This document shows positions 17,176 through 28,372 of a stretch of DNA of 36,638 nucleotides, piece by piece. The translations under genes were made by a program, and so were the position numbers. Under the pieces are notes generated by a model, which saw nothing but the letters and a program-made list of their open reading frames with translations, ran no database searches and was not told the DNA's origin. Location: the NCBI GenBank assembly GCA_037445735.1, contig JBBIJY010000025.1:1-36638 (forward strand), given 5' to 3'. The DNA comes from Armatimonadota bacterium. GTDB lineage: Bacteria; Armatimonadota; Fimbriimonadia; Fimbriimonadales; GBS-DC. Position 1 is the first letter of the stretch. Each line of letters begins with the position of its first letter.

Positions 17176-19050
17176 TCAGCGGGACACGCCCAGCCACCTC
17201 TCCAGCACCTGATCGATGGATGTCCGAAAATCCCGATGGTTGTCCCAGACGATTCGTCCGCGCGGGTCGACGAGAATCTGGCGCGGGATGGCGTTCACCC
17301 CAAAAGTTTGCGCGGCGGGCGCCATCCACTCGCCGTCGCCTGCCCAGAAGTGCCTACCCAGCGCCCACCAGCCTCTGCTTTTGAGCATCGCGCGGGCGGC
17401 TTCCGCGTTCCTGTCGATGCTGATGGTGATGACCTGCAGGCGATTGCCCCACACGGCACGCTTCTGCGTCAGCAACGAGCGGAGCTTCTCCATGCTTTCG
17501 TGGCACGGCATGCACCATGTCGCCCAGAAATCGAGCAGCACCCATCTGCCGCGAAACTCACTGAGCCGACGCGCTTTGCCGGTTTCCAGATCGATCAGGC
17601 GCACATCGGGCGCGAGGTCGCCCACCTTCGGCGCTGGTCGGAAAATCAGCTCCTGAACCCCATCGCCCGCATAGAGCGTGAAGGAAAAGCGGCTATCCTC
17701 CACCCCCTCCAGCTGGAGCGTGTAATGGGGCGGGTCGAGGAAACCCAGCCGGGTGGCGCGGCGCGGGTTCTCGTACAGCCCGCTCAGACGCAGGCGACCC
17801 TGCGAATCGGTGCGACCCGTCGCAATCGGCACAGACTGGGCATAGCGCGGAAGATACAGCTGCACCGTGTAGCGGGTACTGGCAACGGGGCGACCGCCAT
17901 GGCTTTGAACCCGAATGGTCAGGGCACGCTTGCCCTTATAGCGGTTGGGATCAAAAGGCTCATACCGCAGGCTGAGCGTGCGCTGGGTGTTCGGAGCCAG
18001 CTGTTCCAGCACCACCTCATCTCTATAGAGCGGTCGTTCGCCGGCACCCACCATCAGCTGGGCGAGCCAGCCCGCGCCGCTGGCGAGGTTCTCCAGCCGC
18101 AGTTCGGTTTGCGGCTCGGTCAGCATGCGCGTCTCCAGGATGCACCACTGCGGCTGTCCGTCCACCTCAACGATTCGCGCCACAGCGAGCAGGCTCTGCG
18201 CATCCGCCTGCTTCAGCTGGCTCACATCGACCTGCACACGGAGCGAGCCAGCAGGCGGCAGGGCACGCGCGATGCGACCCGAACGCCACTCCGATTCAGG
18301 CACCGGCTCCAGATAGCCCCGCAGCCAGTCGGCGCGATCGACCTGCACCATCAGGCTGCCTCTGTAATCGGGCGGCAGGGTGAAGCGATAACGCCCCGCG
18401 TCGATGCGCTCGATGCCAAATCGGTCAAACAGCCCCTCCAGCGGCGGCGTGCGCCAGCGTCCCGGCGCCTCGCCCAGCTGCTGCTCGTCATAGGGCGTCG
18501 CGCCGCCGATAGGCGTTCGTACGATCAGCTCGGCTATCGGGGGCGTAAACCGGCGCTGGTACATGTTGACCGGCTGCAGATTGTCCAGATAGGTTCGCGT
18601 GCCGAAATCATCGGGCAGCGGCAGATTGCCCACGCGTGTCAGCGTGAGCTCGATGGGCACACCCCTGCGCAACTGGACGGTGAGCGTGTTCGGCGCAGGA
18701 TAGAAGAGGCTCACCTGCTTGGCAACGAAACCTGGCGCCGTCACCCACACAAACACCACGCCGCCCCGTTCGCCTGTCAATATCTCGGCGACCGCGCGCA
18801 AGCGCTCCGCATGCCAGCGCACACTCAGCTCGCCCTTCGAATCGACCGACTGCCAGAGCGGTTCCGACACGCGGTATCGCCGTCCGATTCGCTGATCATA
18901 CACACCCACGCCGACCATCGCGTTCGGCAGTGGATTGCCCGATTCGTCCGTCACTGTCACGCGCAGGGTCGGCTCCGACACCTGCGCCCTGACGCCTGTC
19001 AGTAGCGCCATACATAGAAGCCCTGCTGTTAGAAAGCTCATGCGTTTCAT
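17176..19050 (-). CDS. Secreted multidomain protein with a C-terminal TlpA-like thioredoxin domain
   Basis: Signal peptide, carboxypeptidase-regulatory-like VTVTDESGNPLPNA, and LDFWATWCMPC..AIPRQILVDPRG. Confidence 0.87.
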   Translation of the reverse strand: MKRMSFLTAGLLCMALLTGVRAQVSEPTLRVTVTDESGNPLPNAMVGVGVYDQRIGRRYRVSEPLWQSVDSKGELSVRWHAERLRAVAEILTGERGGVVFVWVTAPGFVAKQVSLFYPAPNTLTVQLRRGVPIELTLTRVGNLPLPDDFGTRTYLDNLQPVNMYQRRFTPPIAELIVRTPIGGATPYDEQQLGEAPGRWRTPPLEGLFDRFGIERIDAGRYRFTLPPDYRGSLMVQVDRADWLRGYLEPVPESEWRSGRIARALPPAGSLRVQVDVSQLKQADAQSLLAVARIVEVDGQPQWCILETRMLTEPQTELRLENLASGAGWLAQLMVGAGERPLYRDEVVLEQLAPNTQRTLSLRYEPFDPNRYKGKRALTIRVQSHGGRPVASTRYTVQLYLPRYAQSVPIATGRTDSQGRLRLSGLYENPRRATRLGFLDPPHYTLQLEGVEDSRFSFTLYAGDGVQELIFRPAPKVGDLAPDVRLIDLETGKARRLSEFRGRWVLLDFWATWCMPCHESMEKLRSLLTQKRAVWGNRLQVITISIDRNAEAARAMLKSRGWWALGRHFWAGDGEWMAPAAQTFGVNAIPRQILVDPRGRIVWDNHRDFRTSIDQVLERWLGVSR

Positions 19051-20087
19051 CTGGCACCTCCCAGATAGCGTTTCAGCACCGCTTCAATCTGATCGATGGG
19101 GTTGCCCGACCAGACAATCTTACCGTTGGGGTCGATGAGGAAGGCGGTCGGGATGTAGCGGATGCCATAGACGCGGTTGGCGGCACCTTCCTCCGCGTGC
19201 GATGAGCGTGCATCCCAGCAGTGGAGCGCCATCTGCCACCAGCCGCGCTGCTCCAGATGCGGCTTGACCACCGACTCGGTGTCGTCCACGCTGACCGTGA
19301 TCACCTGCAGGCGATCCGCCCACTGCTCACCGTACCGATCCAGCAGCGATTTCAGCTCTTGCAGGGCTGTCTGGCACGGTCCGCACCATGTCGCCCAGAA
19401 TTCGAGGTAGACCCACTTCGAGCGGAACTGCTTGAGGCGCACAGTGCTACCGTCCACAAGCGATTTGAGGGGCACATCGGGCGCGGGATCGCCGGGTTGG
19501 GGAGCGAGCCGAATCTGGTACTGGCGGAGGTTGTCCCCCGCCCGCAGGCTCAGCGATTCTGACCAGTCGCCCACCTGCAGCCAGTACTGCACCTGCTCCT
19601 GGTTCGCCGCCTGCGGTTTATTCTCGTAAAGGTTTTTCAGCACGATTCGCCCCTGCGCATCGGTGCGCCCGCGATAGATGGGTCGCGGCAGATTGGAACC
19701 CACCTGCAACGATAGCATGTAGGGCTGCCACCTGCCTATATAGAACCCCCGCACCGGCACATAGCCGGGCGCAACCGCCTCGATTTGCAGATCGACGCTG
19801 CCCCCCGTTCGCATAACCTTCTCTATCTGTGCTTCGCCATAGACGCTTTCGGGTTCGATGACACAGCGTCCATTTGCGTTAACGCGCCTCCAGGATGGTT
19901 CAGTCAGCGTGTAGCGGATGTTATTCGTTGTGTAAATAACGCGCACACGCGCCTCGGGGATGGGTTGTCCGTCGGGGTCCACCACCTGAATCACAAGGAA
20001 CGGCTCGGCTGTATCCAGCAGGTTTTGAGCCGCCACACTACCATAAACCAGTCCTATGAATCCCAGCACCATCCACTTCAGCCTCAT
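19047..20087 (-). CDS. Shorter paralogous secreted TlpA-like thioredoxin protein
   Basis: Signal peptide, [12 protein letters not shown], and [26 protein letters not shown] overlap with the next gene. Confidence 0.87.
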   Translation of the reverse strand: MRLKWMVLGFIGLVYGSVAAQNLLDTAEPFLVIQVVDPDGQPIPEARVRVIYTTNNIRYTLTEPSWRRVNANGRCVIEPESVYGEAQIEKVMRTGGSVDLQIEAVAPGYVPVRGFYIGRWQPYMLSLQVGSNLPRPIYRGRTDAQGRIVLKNLYENKPQAANQEQVQYWLQVGDWSESLSLRAGDNLRQYQIRLAPQPGDPAPDVPLKSLVDGSTVRLKQFRSKWVYLEFWATWCGPCQTALQELKSLLDRYGEQWADRLQVITVSVDDTESVVKPHLEQRGWWQMALHCWDARSSHAEEGAANRVYGIRYIPTAFLIDPNGKIVWSGNPIDQIEAVLKRYLGGAR

Positions 20088-20237
20088 AGCCCACCTCCGG
20101 AAGTTCGCTGGAATCTATTTTCGAGCCGCCAGGAGCCGATTCCTGCTGCAAGCATTGTCCTCTCCCCCACGCTGTTGGGAGAAGGGAGATGGAGGCGCGG
20201 TCGCAAAGCCTACTTTTTCAGATACCCACACGCCCAC

Positions 20238-20266
20238 TTGCAATCGAGGTCGAAGTGGTGTATAAT
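20238..20266 (+). promoter_or_regulatory. Sigma70-type promoter
   Basis: TTGCAA-17 bp-TATAAT, then a GAGGAGG RBS before ATG 20286. Confidence 0.8.
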
Positions 20267-20285
20267 AGAGCACGAGGAGGTCGAA

Positions 20286-21200
20286 ATGAGTGTTCGCAAG
20301 GGCTTTACGCTGATCGAATTGCTGGTGGTGATCGCCATCATCGCCATTCTGGCGGCGATTCTGTTCCCCGTGTTCGCACAGGCGCGCGAGAAGGGACGGC
20401 AAACGGTGTGCTTGAGCAATCTGCGGCAGCTATCCGCAGCTGTCCTGGCATACAGCACCGACTATGATGGGTATTACCCACGGGGCGTCTACGGAGTTGG
20501 TCCTGTGGTCTATCACCTGCTTGATCTGATCCATCCCTATGTGAAAGGCCCGGACATCTACACCTGCCCCAGCTATCCTGGTCCAAATGGTGGCATGGAT
20601 TGGCAGGCGCGACTTGCCCATAGAGGCTATCAGTCGGCTCGCAACTTCCGCTACTTCGCCTATGTGCCCAACTACGGACTGCTGAACTTCGACTTCTGCC
20701 GATCGAATGTGGCTTACAAGCGATACAGCCCGCCGATGAGTGAATCTGCGGTACCACGCCCAGCAGAAACAATTGCCATTGTGGATGGTTACTGGTACTA
20801 CAACGCGGGCACCTACTGGTTTGAATACTGGTTCAAGATCGACATCTGGCCACGCCATACACTGGGGTCCAATCTCGTCTATGCGGATGGGCATGTGAAG
20901 TGGTCTTACCACCTGGGCATCCCAAACGGTGGGCGTCTCATAAGCCCCCCTGCCACCCGAACTTCTTGCCCGCTCCGCTCGCAAAATCAGTTCTACTATG
21001 GCTTCCACTACCCGCCCGGTTTCAATAACCCGCGGCGTGTGCCAAGAACCGAAGCCGAGTTCAATACCGTGAATCCTCATAATAACTGCTTTGGGGACTT
21101 TTTCGGGATTCCCGAAACCGCAATTGCCAATGTGCTGAACTGCCAGTGTGGTTCCGCCAACAACCTTTATCCACCCTGTCCGAACTCGGCGTACGAGTAA
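20286..21200 (+). CDS. Prepilin-type N-terminal cleavage/methylation protein with DUF1559 and H-X9-DG motif
   Basis: [58 protein letters not shown]. Confidence 0.93.
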   Translation: MSVRKGFTLIELLVVIAIIAILAAILFPVFAQAREKGRQTVCLSNLRQLSAAVLAYSTDYDGYYPRGVYGVGPVVYHLLDLIHPYVKGPDIYTCPSYPGPNGGMDWQARLAHRGYQSARNFRYFAYVPNYGLLNFDFCRSNVAYKRYSPPMSESAVPRPAETIAIVDGYWYYNAGTYWFEYWFKIDIWPRHTLGSNLVYADGHVKWSYHLGIPNGGRLISPPATRTSCPLRSQNQFYYGFHYPPGFNNPRRVPRTEAEFNTVNPHNNCFGDFFGIPETAIANVLNCQCGSANNLYPPCPNSAYE

Positions 21201-21214
21201 AATGTGAATCCTCA

Positions 21215-21252
21215 CAACCTCCCTTGCCAGCCTGAGCGGGCAAGGGAGGTTG
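21215..21252. terminator. Likely bidirectional intrinsic terminator
   Basis: 14-bp stem CAACCTCCCTTGCC / GGCAAGGGAGGTTG between convergent genes, followed by CTTTT. Confidence 0.8.
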
Positions 21253-21255
21253 CTT

Positions 21256-23580
21256 TTACTGCGCCTTCATGTCCAGTCGCATCGGTTTGAAGAGCCACCA
21301 GCTGGCGAGGTCGCGCTGGTCGCTGAAGTGAGGCGAGCGCGGGTCTTCGCTTTGACCAGGTGGCAGCACATTTTCGCCCATGAGCGGGTTGCTCAGCTCA
21401 ATCACCTGAATATAGGAGCCGCGGTCGGTGTATGGCACGCCGGGCAGATTGTTGCCCCAGTTCATGCGCGGCGCACTGTAGTGCCACTGGCTCATGCTCG
21501 CGCCGTACTTCTGCTTCAGCTGGGTCAGCGCGTCCGCCAGCGCGATCGCCAGCACCTCCTCTTTCGGCTTGCCGTTGAAGTAGTCATACAGGCGCGGCAC
21601 GCTGGCGCGGTTGCCCTGCAGCGCGTAGAGAATATAGCTGGGCTGAATCGCGAGACGGAACAGGTTCGGGTCAAAGAAGTTGCCGAGGTCATCGGCGAAG
21701 ATGCGCGTGCGAGCAGCGTCCAGCCAGGCGTCCCAGATCGCTTTGCCGACGCTACCCTCGCGCTCGTAGCAATCCCACGCCTCCAGCACCTGAATCGCCC
21801 GCCGCATTTCGGGCGTGAGGTTGCGGTTGCGCCTGACGATGGCGAGCATCGCAGGCTTGAGTTTTGCCGCGTCCTCGTCGTACATCGCAATATCGGTGAT
21901 CATCGCCTTCACATCATCCAGTGTCAGCAGGGGCTTGCGGTTCGCCAGCTCAATCAGCCGATGCACGCGGAAGATGGCGCCCCACGCGGGCGTGTCGCCG
22001 TTCTCCCACCAGACGGCGGGCTTGTTGTTCCAGTTCACAATGAAGCCGCGTCGGGGGTTGATCACGCGCGGCATCTGCTCGAAGGGGATGAAGCCTTTCC
22101 AGTCGTATTCGCCCGTGCCCCATACGGGCAGGCGCGGGTCGACTCCATCGGCGCGAATCGGCGCACGCCCGCAGTAGAAGTAGGCGATGTCGCCCGACTG
22201 TGTGGCACAGAAGGCGTTAAACGAGGCGACGATATGGGAGCAGGCACGCTCAAAGTCGGCGACCGTGCGCGCACGCAGGATGCCGTAGTAGGCGTTGATC
22301 GCCTCCAGCTCCCGATCCCAGTAGCTGAGCGACCACGCAATCGCCACATTGTTGCGCCGATCAAAGGCGATTACGGGTCCATGCACGCTGCGGTAGACGG
22401 TCATCTCCACTGGCTCGCGCCCCTTGACCCGAATGGTCTCGGTGCGCTTTTCGAAGCGTCGCCACTGACCCCTGTACCAGTACTCTTCGGGATTGTCGGG
22501 GTTCAGCTTCTCGATGAAGGCGTCGGCGAAGTCGGCAATCCCGGAGGTGAATGTCCATGCGAGATGCTCATTCGTGCCGATGAGGATGCCAGGAATGCCT
22601 GGAAAGCTCATGCCGAGCGCGTTGATGCCCGCGCCCGAAAGATGCACTTCAGCGGCAATATGGGGCAGGCTGAAGCCCATCTGCGGCGCGCCCACAAACA
22701 GCGCGTTCCCTGTGGCGGACTTTCTGGGAGCAATCGCAATCGCATAGCTGCCGAAGTGCGTGTAGAGTCCGTGCTGATGGGCGAACTCGATCTGGACTTG
22801 CCCCGATGCAATGCGCATGGCGGGCAACAGCACATCGAGCCCGATAGTGGGCAGTTGTGCCGCCTGATTCTTGAGGCGCTGCAGGGTGGCTTTCGGGTCG
22901 CGGGGAGTCGCCTTGCGCGAGTCATCTTCAGGGGGCACGGTGGTGGGCGAGGTGGGGTCCTGAAGCCAGAGCAGGTCATTCGCCCACGCTTCGGCGTTCT
23001 CTTTGTTGCGCAGGCGCAGATATTGCAGCAGGGTATAGTTGCGCAGGTCGCCGGCTGCCATCACGCCACCGAATCGGCGCGACATCATCACGCCAATCGC
23101 CACGCTGTCGGTCGGACGCCACGGGCGCGGTTCGATGCCCGCCTCCGCGTAGCCGGGCGGCAGCTGTCCCGTGCGCTTCGCCTCCTCGATCCATGCGTTT
23201 ACACCCTCGGCGTAGGCTTGCAATATCTCCTGCAGTTCAGGCGCGAGGCGACCGATCTGGCGCTGCATCTCCTCTTCGGTGTAGCCTTCGGTTCTGGCAG
23301 CTTTATCCTGCTCCAGCGCGGATGGCCCCATAATCTCTGCCAGCTCGCCGCGCGCCTGCCGCCGATAGCGCTCCATCTGCCAGAGCCGATCCTGCGCCAT
23401 CGCGTAGCCGTTACCATAAAGCAAACCGTAGAGCGAGTCGGCAAACACATGCGGCACACCGTACGAATCGCGCACGATGATGACCTTCTCGCCCCGCACG
23501 CTCAGCTCTATCCGCTGTGCCGAACCGCTTGTTAGCGCGAGAATCAACAAACCCATCACACCTGCGAGAAACCGTCTCAT
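21256..23580 (-). CDS. Penicillin acylase family (S45) Ntn-hydrolase, secreted
   Basis: IVRDSYGVPHVFA, GYAMAQDRLWQME, nucleophile GSYAIAIAP, SVHGPV and NWNNKP. Confidence 0.92.
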   Translation of the reverse strand: MRRFLAGVMGLLILALTSGSAQRIELSVRGEKVIIVRDSYGVPHVFADSLYGLLYGNGYAMAQDRLWQMERYRRQARGELAEIMGPSALEQDKAARTEGYTEEEMQRQIGRLAPELQEILQAYAEGVNAWIEEAKRTGQLPPGYAEAGIEPRPWRPTDSVAIGVMMSRRFGGVMAAGDLRNYTLLQYLRLRNKENAEAWANDLLWLQDPTSPTTVPPEDDSRKATPRDPKATLQRLKNQAAQLPTIGLDVLLPAMRIASGQVQIEFAHQHGLYTHFGSYAIAIAPRKSATGNALFVGAPQMGFSLPHIAAEVHLSGAGINALGMSFPGIPGILIGTNEHLAWTFTSGIADFADAFIEKLNPDNPEEYWYRGQWRRFEKRTETIRVKGREPVEMTVYRSVHGPVIAFDRRNNVAIAWSLSYWDRELEAINAYYGILRARTVADFERACSHIVASFNAFCATQSGDIAYFYCGRAPIRADGVDPRLPVWGTGEYDWKGFIPFEQMPRVINPRRGFIVNWNNKPAVWWENGDTPAWGAIFRVHRLIELANRKPLLTLDDVKAMITDIAMYDEDAAKLKPAMLAIVRRNRNLTPEMRRAIQVLEAWDCYEREGSVGKAIWDAWLDAARTRIFADDLGNFFDPNLFRLAIQPSYILYALQGNRASVPRLYDYFNGKPKEEVLAIALADALTQLKQKYGASMSQWHYSAPRMNWGNNLPGVPYTDRGSYIQVIELSNPLMGENVLPPGQSEDPRSPHFSDQRDLASWWLFKPMRLDMKAQ

Positions 23581-23664
23581 AGTGAGAACCTCCCTGTTAG
23601 TGATTGCTGGCGGGCATCTGCGTCCGCCAGCAGCTATTTTTGACTCGCGGTTCGACTCTCCTGC

Positions 23665-23701
23665 AAAAAAACCGCTCCCTGCTGATAGAAGCAGGGAGCG
23701 G
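23665..23701 (-). terminator. Intrinsic terminator of the lipoprotein gene
   Basis: 12-bp stem CCGCTCCCTGCT / AGCAGGGAGCGG with a T7 tract on the minus strand. Confidence 0.85.
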
Positions 23702-23738
23702 GGGATGAAATGACTACTGCTGTGGAAGCCAGAGCGTG

Positions 23739-24773
23739 CTAAAGCGGAAACTGCAGCGCAATGACTCTATCCTCGATGGGCAAAAGCAGCTCCAGATCCA
23801 CATCTGCCAGTCGTGCTCTGGGGCTGCTCTTGGTCTTGATGACCAGATTAGCGGGTTCGACGCTAACAGGTACCTGCGGCAAGCCAGAGGCGTTCAGTGA
23901 GCCACTGCCCGATTCGGTCAGGGTGATGTTGAAAATCGAGCTGGGCATGTCGGAACGGTTGCTCGCCTGAATGTAGCAGGCAGCCAGCGCCCTACCATTT
24001 ACAGAGGCTAAGGGCGTGGTGACCGTGCCTGTGAGCAGCTGAGCCGCCAGCACCACATCCTCGCGCGTCACGATGACGACTCCTGTCGAACTATCGCGGC
24101 TACGGGAACCGATTGAACCCCTAACTGAAGTGGAAATCTGCTGGGCTGCCGTGTCCATCTGGTTCTCCCACTCGCCAGATGTGGTACGCAGCGGGATAAG
24201 GTCTTTAATGTCTATAGGGAAGCAGACCTTGATGACGATAGGGCCGAAGCGAGCATCCAGGCATGGACCGCCATCCCAATCCACTGTGAGTTTGGGTTTC
24301 TCATTCTCGCGAGCCTGCGTCGTAACTTCCGCGTCGACAGTGGTGGTGTCTCCAGCAAGGTTGCGAATCTGGGCTACCCAGCGTCCGTTATCATTGCGGA
24401 TGTTGACCACGAAAAAGTTGCGATAATCGTCGTCGGTTTGCAGGTAGCAGAACAACACATCGGCGCCGCGGCTCAGATTGTCCATCGTCAGATTTTGCAC
24501 ACCTCTGATGTTGGTGTTGACGACCACATTCCTTTTGCCATCGGAGCCGTTCGTGAGGACTATTCCAGCGAAGTCCTGTGTGTCGACCTGCACGCCCATC
24601 TCCTGTGCGGCCCCTTGCAGGATGGTCTGCGCTCTGGAACGGAAGCTCGCGTTGGAAGCAACAATTTGCTGTTCAGCGGTGAGGGTGCCACCACCGCCAC
24701 CACCACATCCAGCAAGGAGCAGGGCGATAGTGCCGTAAAAAATCCACTGGCTCAGACCGTTTCGAAAACCCAT
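23739..24773 (-). CDS. Hypothetical lipoprotein
   Basis: Lipobox LLAGC followed by a poly-Gly linker; AAGGAGG RBS; own terminator. Confidence 0.8.
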   Translation of the reverse strand: MGFRNGLSQWIFYGTIALLLAGCGGGGGGTLTAEQQIVASNASFRSRAQTILQGAAQEMGVQVDTQDFAGIVLTNGSDGKRNVVVNTNIRGVQNLTMDNLSRGADVLFCYLQTDDDYRNFFVVNIRNDNGRWVAQIRNLAGDTTTVDAEVTTQARENEKPKLTVDWDGGPCLDARFGPIVIKVCFPIDIKDLIPLRTTSGEWENQMDTAAQQISTSVRGSIGSRSRDSSTGVVIVTREDVVLAAQLLTGTVTTPLASVNGRALAACYIQASNRSDMPSSIFNITLTESGSGSLNASGLPQVPVSVEPANLVIKTKSSPRARLADVDLELLLPIEDRVIALQFPL

Positions 24774-24848
24774 CTACCGTTCCTCCTTACCTGCTAATTA
24801 TGGCAGGGGAGGTTAATTTCTGAAGTGCAAAAGAGGACGGCGCGCTTG

Positions 24849-25957
24849 CTAAAGCATGCGCCGATAGAGGCGGGCAGTGTGGGCGACGGTGTGGCGGATG
24901 TCGAATCGGTCGGCGGTGGCGCGGGCGTTCGCTGCCAGCTCGCCTGCCAGCGCACGGTCATTCAGGATGCGCAGGATGGCTTCCGCCAGCGCGGTGGGAT
25001 GATCGGGCGGCACCAGCAGTCCGCTCACCTCGTGCTTGATGAGCCGTTCCAGTGGCGGGATTCGGCTGGCGACCACGGGCAGCCCGCACGCCATCGCCTC
25101 CATCACTGCCAGCCCCAGCCCCGCATCGCGTGCAGGCGCCGCCAGCACATCCGCGGCGGCGTATAGCTCCTCCACATTCCCCCAGTAGCCGAAGAAGCGG
25201 ATATGATGAGGCTGACTGCTCTGCAAACTGAGCTTGACCAGTCGCGCGTTATCGGGTCCGTCGCCTGCCAGCCACAGATCGGCATCAGGCAGCGACTTCC
25301 AGACAATCTCCATCGCCCGGATGGCGAGGTCGAACCCTTTATGCGGCACGAATCGCCCCACGCACAGCACAATCGGGCGCTCGCGCGGCACATGGAACTG
25401 CATGCGCATCGCGATTCGGTTGGGCAGCGTTTCAAACAGCGCCAGATCGATGCCGCCGCGAACGACCTCGATGCGGTCTTCAGGGATGCCGCCGCGCATC
25501 AGCCCCGCCTTCACGCTGTCCGACACGGCGGTAATGAAGGTGGGATAGCGGGCAATCCATCGCCAGACGGCGCGCACCAGCGTGCTTTTGTGCAGCAGAA
25601 GGTGATGCACCGTCCACATCCACGACTGGCGATTGCGCAGCGCCCAGGCGCAGACCCATCCCGCTCGCACGCCATGGCAATGCACAATCGGGAAGTGGCT
25701 CGCTTGCTCGCGCAGGATGCGCACGGCACGCCAATCGGCGAACAGCCCTATGCGATCGCGAATGAAGTCGGGACCGGTGAGCGTGGGCGCGAAGTGATGT
25801 TCGGGCAGGTATTTGATCAGCCCCTGCACATGGCGCAGCATGCCACTGCTGCTGGGGCGCACCACCAGCAGCACGGGGATTCGCGCCACACCCGGCTCTT
25901 CCGTTTCGGGCATGGGTTCCGTGCGCAGTTCCGGCTTCTCCAGGAGAGCGGTCGCCA

Positions 25958-25958
<1 letters not shown>
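24849..25958 (-). CDS. Glycosyltransferase family 4 (GT-B)
   Basis: IVHCHG, AVSDSVK, VGRFVPHKG, AGDGP and GLAVMEAMACGLPVVAS. Confidence 0.9.
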
Positions 25959-26917
<959 letters not shown>

Positions 26918-27078
26918 GGCGTTCCTCCCTGCAATGGGCTGTCCCAGTGTGCATAGCACCTCCTGCGTCGCGCTTCCCGATTCGCCATGCCTGGCACGCT
27001 TCCTGCAAAAAGAGTGCCATCAGGCAGGAATGGCACCGCCCACAGGTGTATTCTGAATCAGCAGGAGGTCAAGCGCCA

Positions 27079-27882
27079 ATGCGAGACAGAGGCTTTACGC
27101 TGATTGAGCTGCTGGTGGTAATCGCCATTATTGCTATTCTGGCGGCGATTCTGTTCCCGGTGTTCGCGCAGGCGCGCGAAAAGGCGCGTCAAACCCAGTG
27201 CCTGAACAATCTGCGGCAGCTGGGCATGGCGTTCGAGATGTATCGCTCCGACTTTGAGGGACGCAATCCCGGTCCGGGCGACAGCGGACACTGCTGGGGC
27301 ACATGGAGCCAGCCCGACTGGCCATGGTGGATGACGGGCTTCATGTCGCGCTTCGAAGCGCAGTGGGTTCATTGCTACCCGGTGCTGCGCAATATCTACG
27401 ACCCCGACTCGCCTGTCAACCAGCTGTGGATACTGGCGGGGAATGTGAAGGCGGGCGTCATCTACCCCTATGTGAAGAACCCCGATGTGTACATCTGCCC
27501 GTCAGATCGGCGTGGGCGTGAGAAGCTGCTGAGCTACTCGATGAACGCGGTGGCGAGCTACATTCCCGAAACGGTGGTGGAGCGTCCAGGTCAGTTCGTG
27601 ATGCTCGTCGATGAGGCGGAGACGCTCAACGACGGCTACTTCTACGCGCTGGCACCCGGCGGCGGCACCGGGCGGTTCGTGGACTGCCCCTCGATCATGC
27701 ACAGCAACGGCGCGGTGTTCCTCTTCTTCGATGGGCATTCGAAGTGGGTGCGGGCGCGGCACACGCGCGAGCAGGCGCGCATCGATCGCTGCATCGACAC
27801 CGTGCCGAAGCATTACTTCTGCCCGAAAATCCCCTTCCCCGAATCGCGCCAGTATCAGGAAGGATGTCAGCGCGATAGCTGA
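27079..27882 (+). CDS. Prepilin-type N-terminal cleavage/methylation protein with DUF1559 and H-X9-DG motif
   Basis: [69 protein letters not shown]. Confidence 0.93.
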   Translation: MRDRGFTLIELLVVIAIIAILAAILFPVFAQAREKARQTQCLNNLRQLGMAFEMYRSDFEGRNPGPGDSGHCWGTWSQPDWPWWMTGFMSRFEAQWVHCYPVLRNIYDPDSPVNQLWILAGNVKAGVIYPYVKNPDVYICPSDRRGREKLLSYSMNAVASYIPETVVERPGQFVMLVDEAETLNDGYFYALAPGGGTGRFVDCPSIMHSNGAVFLFFDGHSKWVRARHTREQARIDRCIDTVPKHYFCPKIPFPESRQYQEGCQRDS

Positions 27883-27886
27883 ATCA

Positions 27887-27914
27887 GAGGGGCACGGGTT
27901 ACCCCGCGCCCCTC
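27887..27914 (-). terminator. GC-rich hairpin with GNRA loop between convergent units
   Basis: Minus strand GAGGGGCGCGGG-GTAA-CCCGTGCCCCTC; only a weak U-tract. Confidence 0.6.
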
Positions 27915-28085
27915 ACAGGTGAAGGGAGTTTCGCGGATGTTGCAGGGCGCGACCACCGCGTCCCCACAGGCTCTTTCAGGCGATGAGCGGAGCCAGCTCC
28001 GCCACGCCTGGGAGCGCGTCCATCCCTGATCTACGCGTTTCAACGCCCACCCGCCCGTGCAAGCGGGTGCAACCACGCCTGTGAG
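27912..28085 (-). ncRNA. Unassigned multi-stem structured RNA candidate
   Basis: Closing stem CTCACAGG/CCTGTGAG, inner stem GTTGCA/TGCAAC, four internal hairpins; G-U pairs mostly favour the minus strand. Confidence 0.5.
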
Positions 28086-28103
28086 TATGGCGAGAAGGCA
28101 GTG

Positions 28104-28340
28104 TCAGGATGCCTTCGCCTTGCGGCGCTTGCGAACATCCTTCAGACCGAAGCGGAAGCGAGTGAACGCCTCCTCGATCTTGCCCTCCATCACCAGTTTC
28201 GCGAACTCCTTCGCGCCCTCCACCTTCGCCTGATTCGGCTTGCGTCTCCGTAGTGCCTTCACTGCATCTGCCATGTCGATCTCACCTGCCTTGAATGCCT
28301 TAAGGATACCCTCGATATAAGCCGTTCGCTCATCTGCCAT
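28104..28340 (-). CDS. Small Lys/Arg-rich hypothetical protein (78 aa)
   Basis: ATG at 28340 after a GGAGGTGA RBS, with a consensus promoter upstream; sequence MADERTAYIEGILKAFKAGEID...KDVRKRRKAKAS. Confidence 0.85.
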   Translation of the reverse strand: MADERTAYIEGILKAFKAGEIDMADAVKALRRRKPNQAKVEGAKEFAKLVMEGKIEEAFTRFRFGLKDVRKRRKAKAS

Positions 28341-28372
28341 AGATCGGTCACCTCCGCAGAATGGACAGCAAG

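Noticed and set aside
19785-20285. N-terminal extensions in the ORF track (also 26947-27078, 30185-30454, 11130-11462, 33291-33506, 13026-13127)
   Set aside because: They overlap other genes, promoters or the 6S candidate; downstream starts have an RBS and/or match family N-termini.
23645-23664. GGTTCGACTC resembling a tRNA T-loop
   Set aside because: No paired T-stem, cloverleaf or acceptor stem around it.
27912-28085. Structured element as a retron msr-msd, raiA motif RNA or second 6S RNA
   Set aside because: No reverse transcriptase nearby, the short raiA-like words occur in the wrong order, and the fold is multi-branched rather than rod-like.
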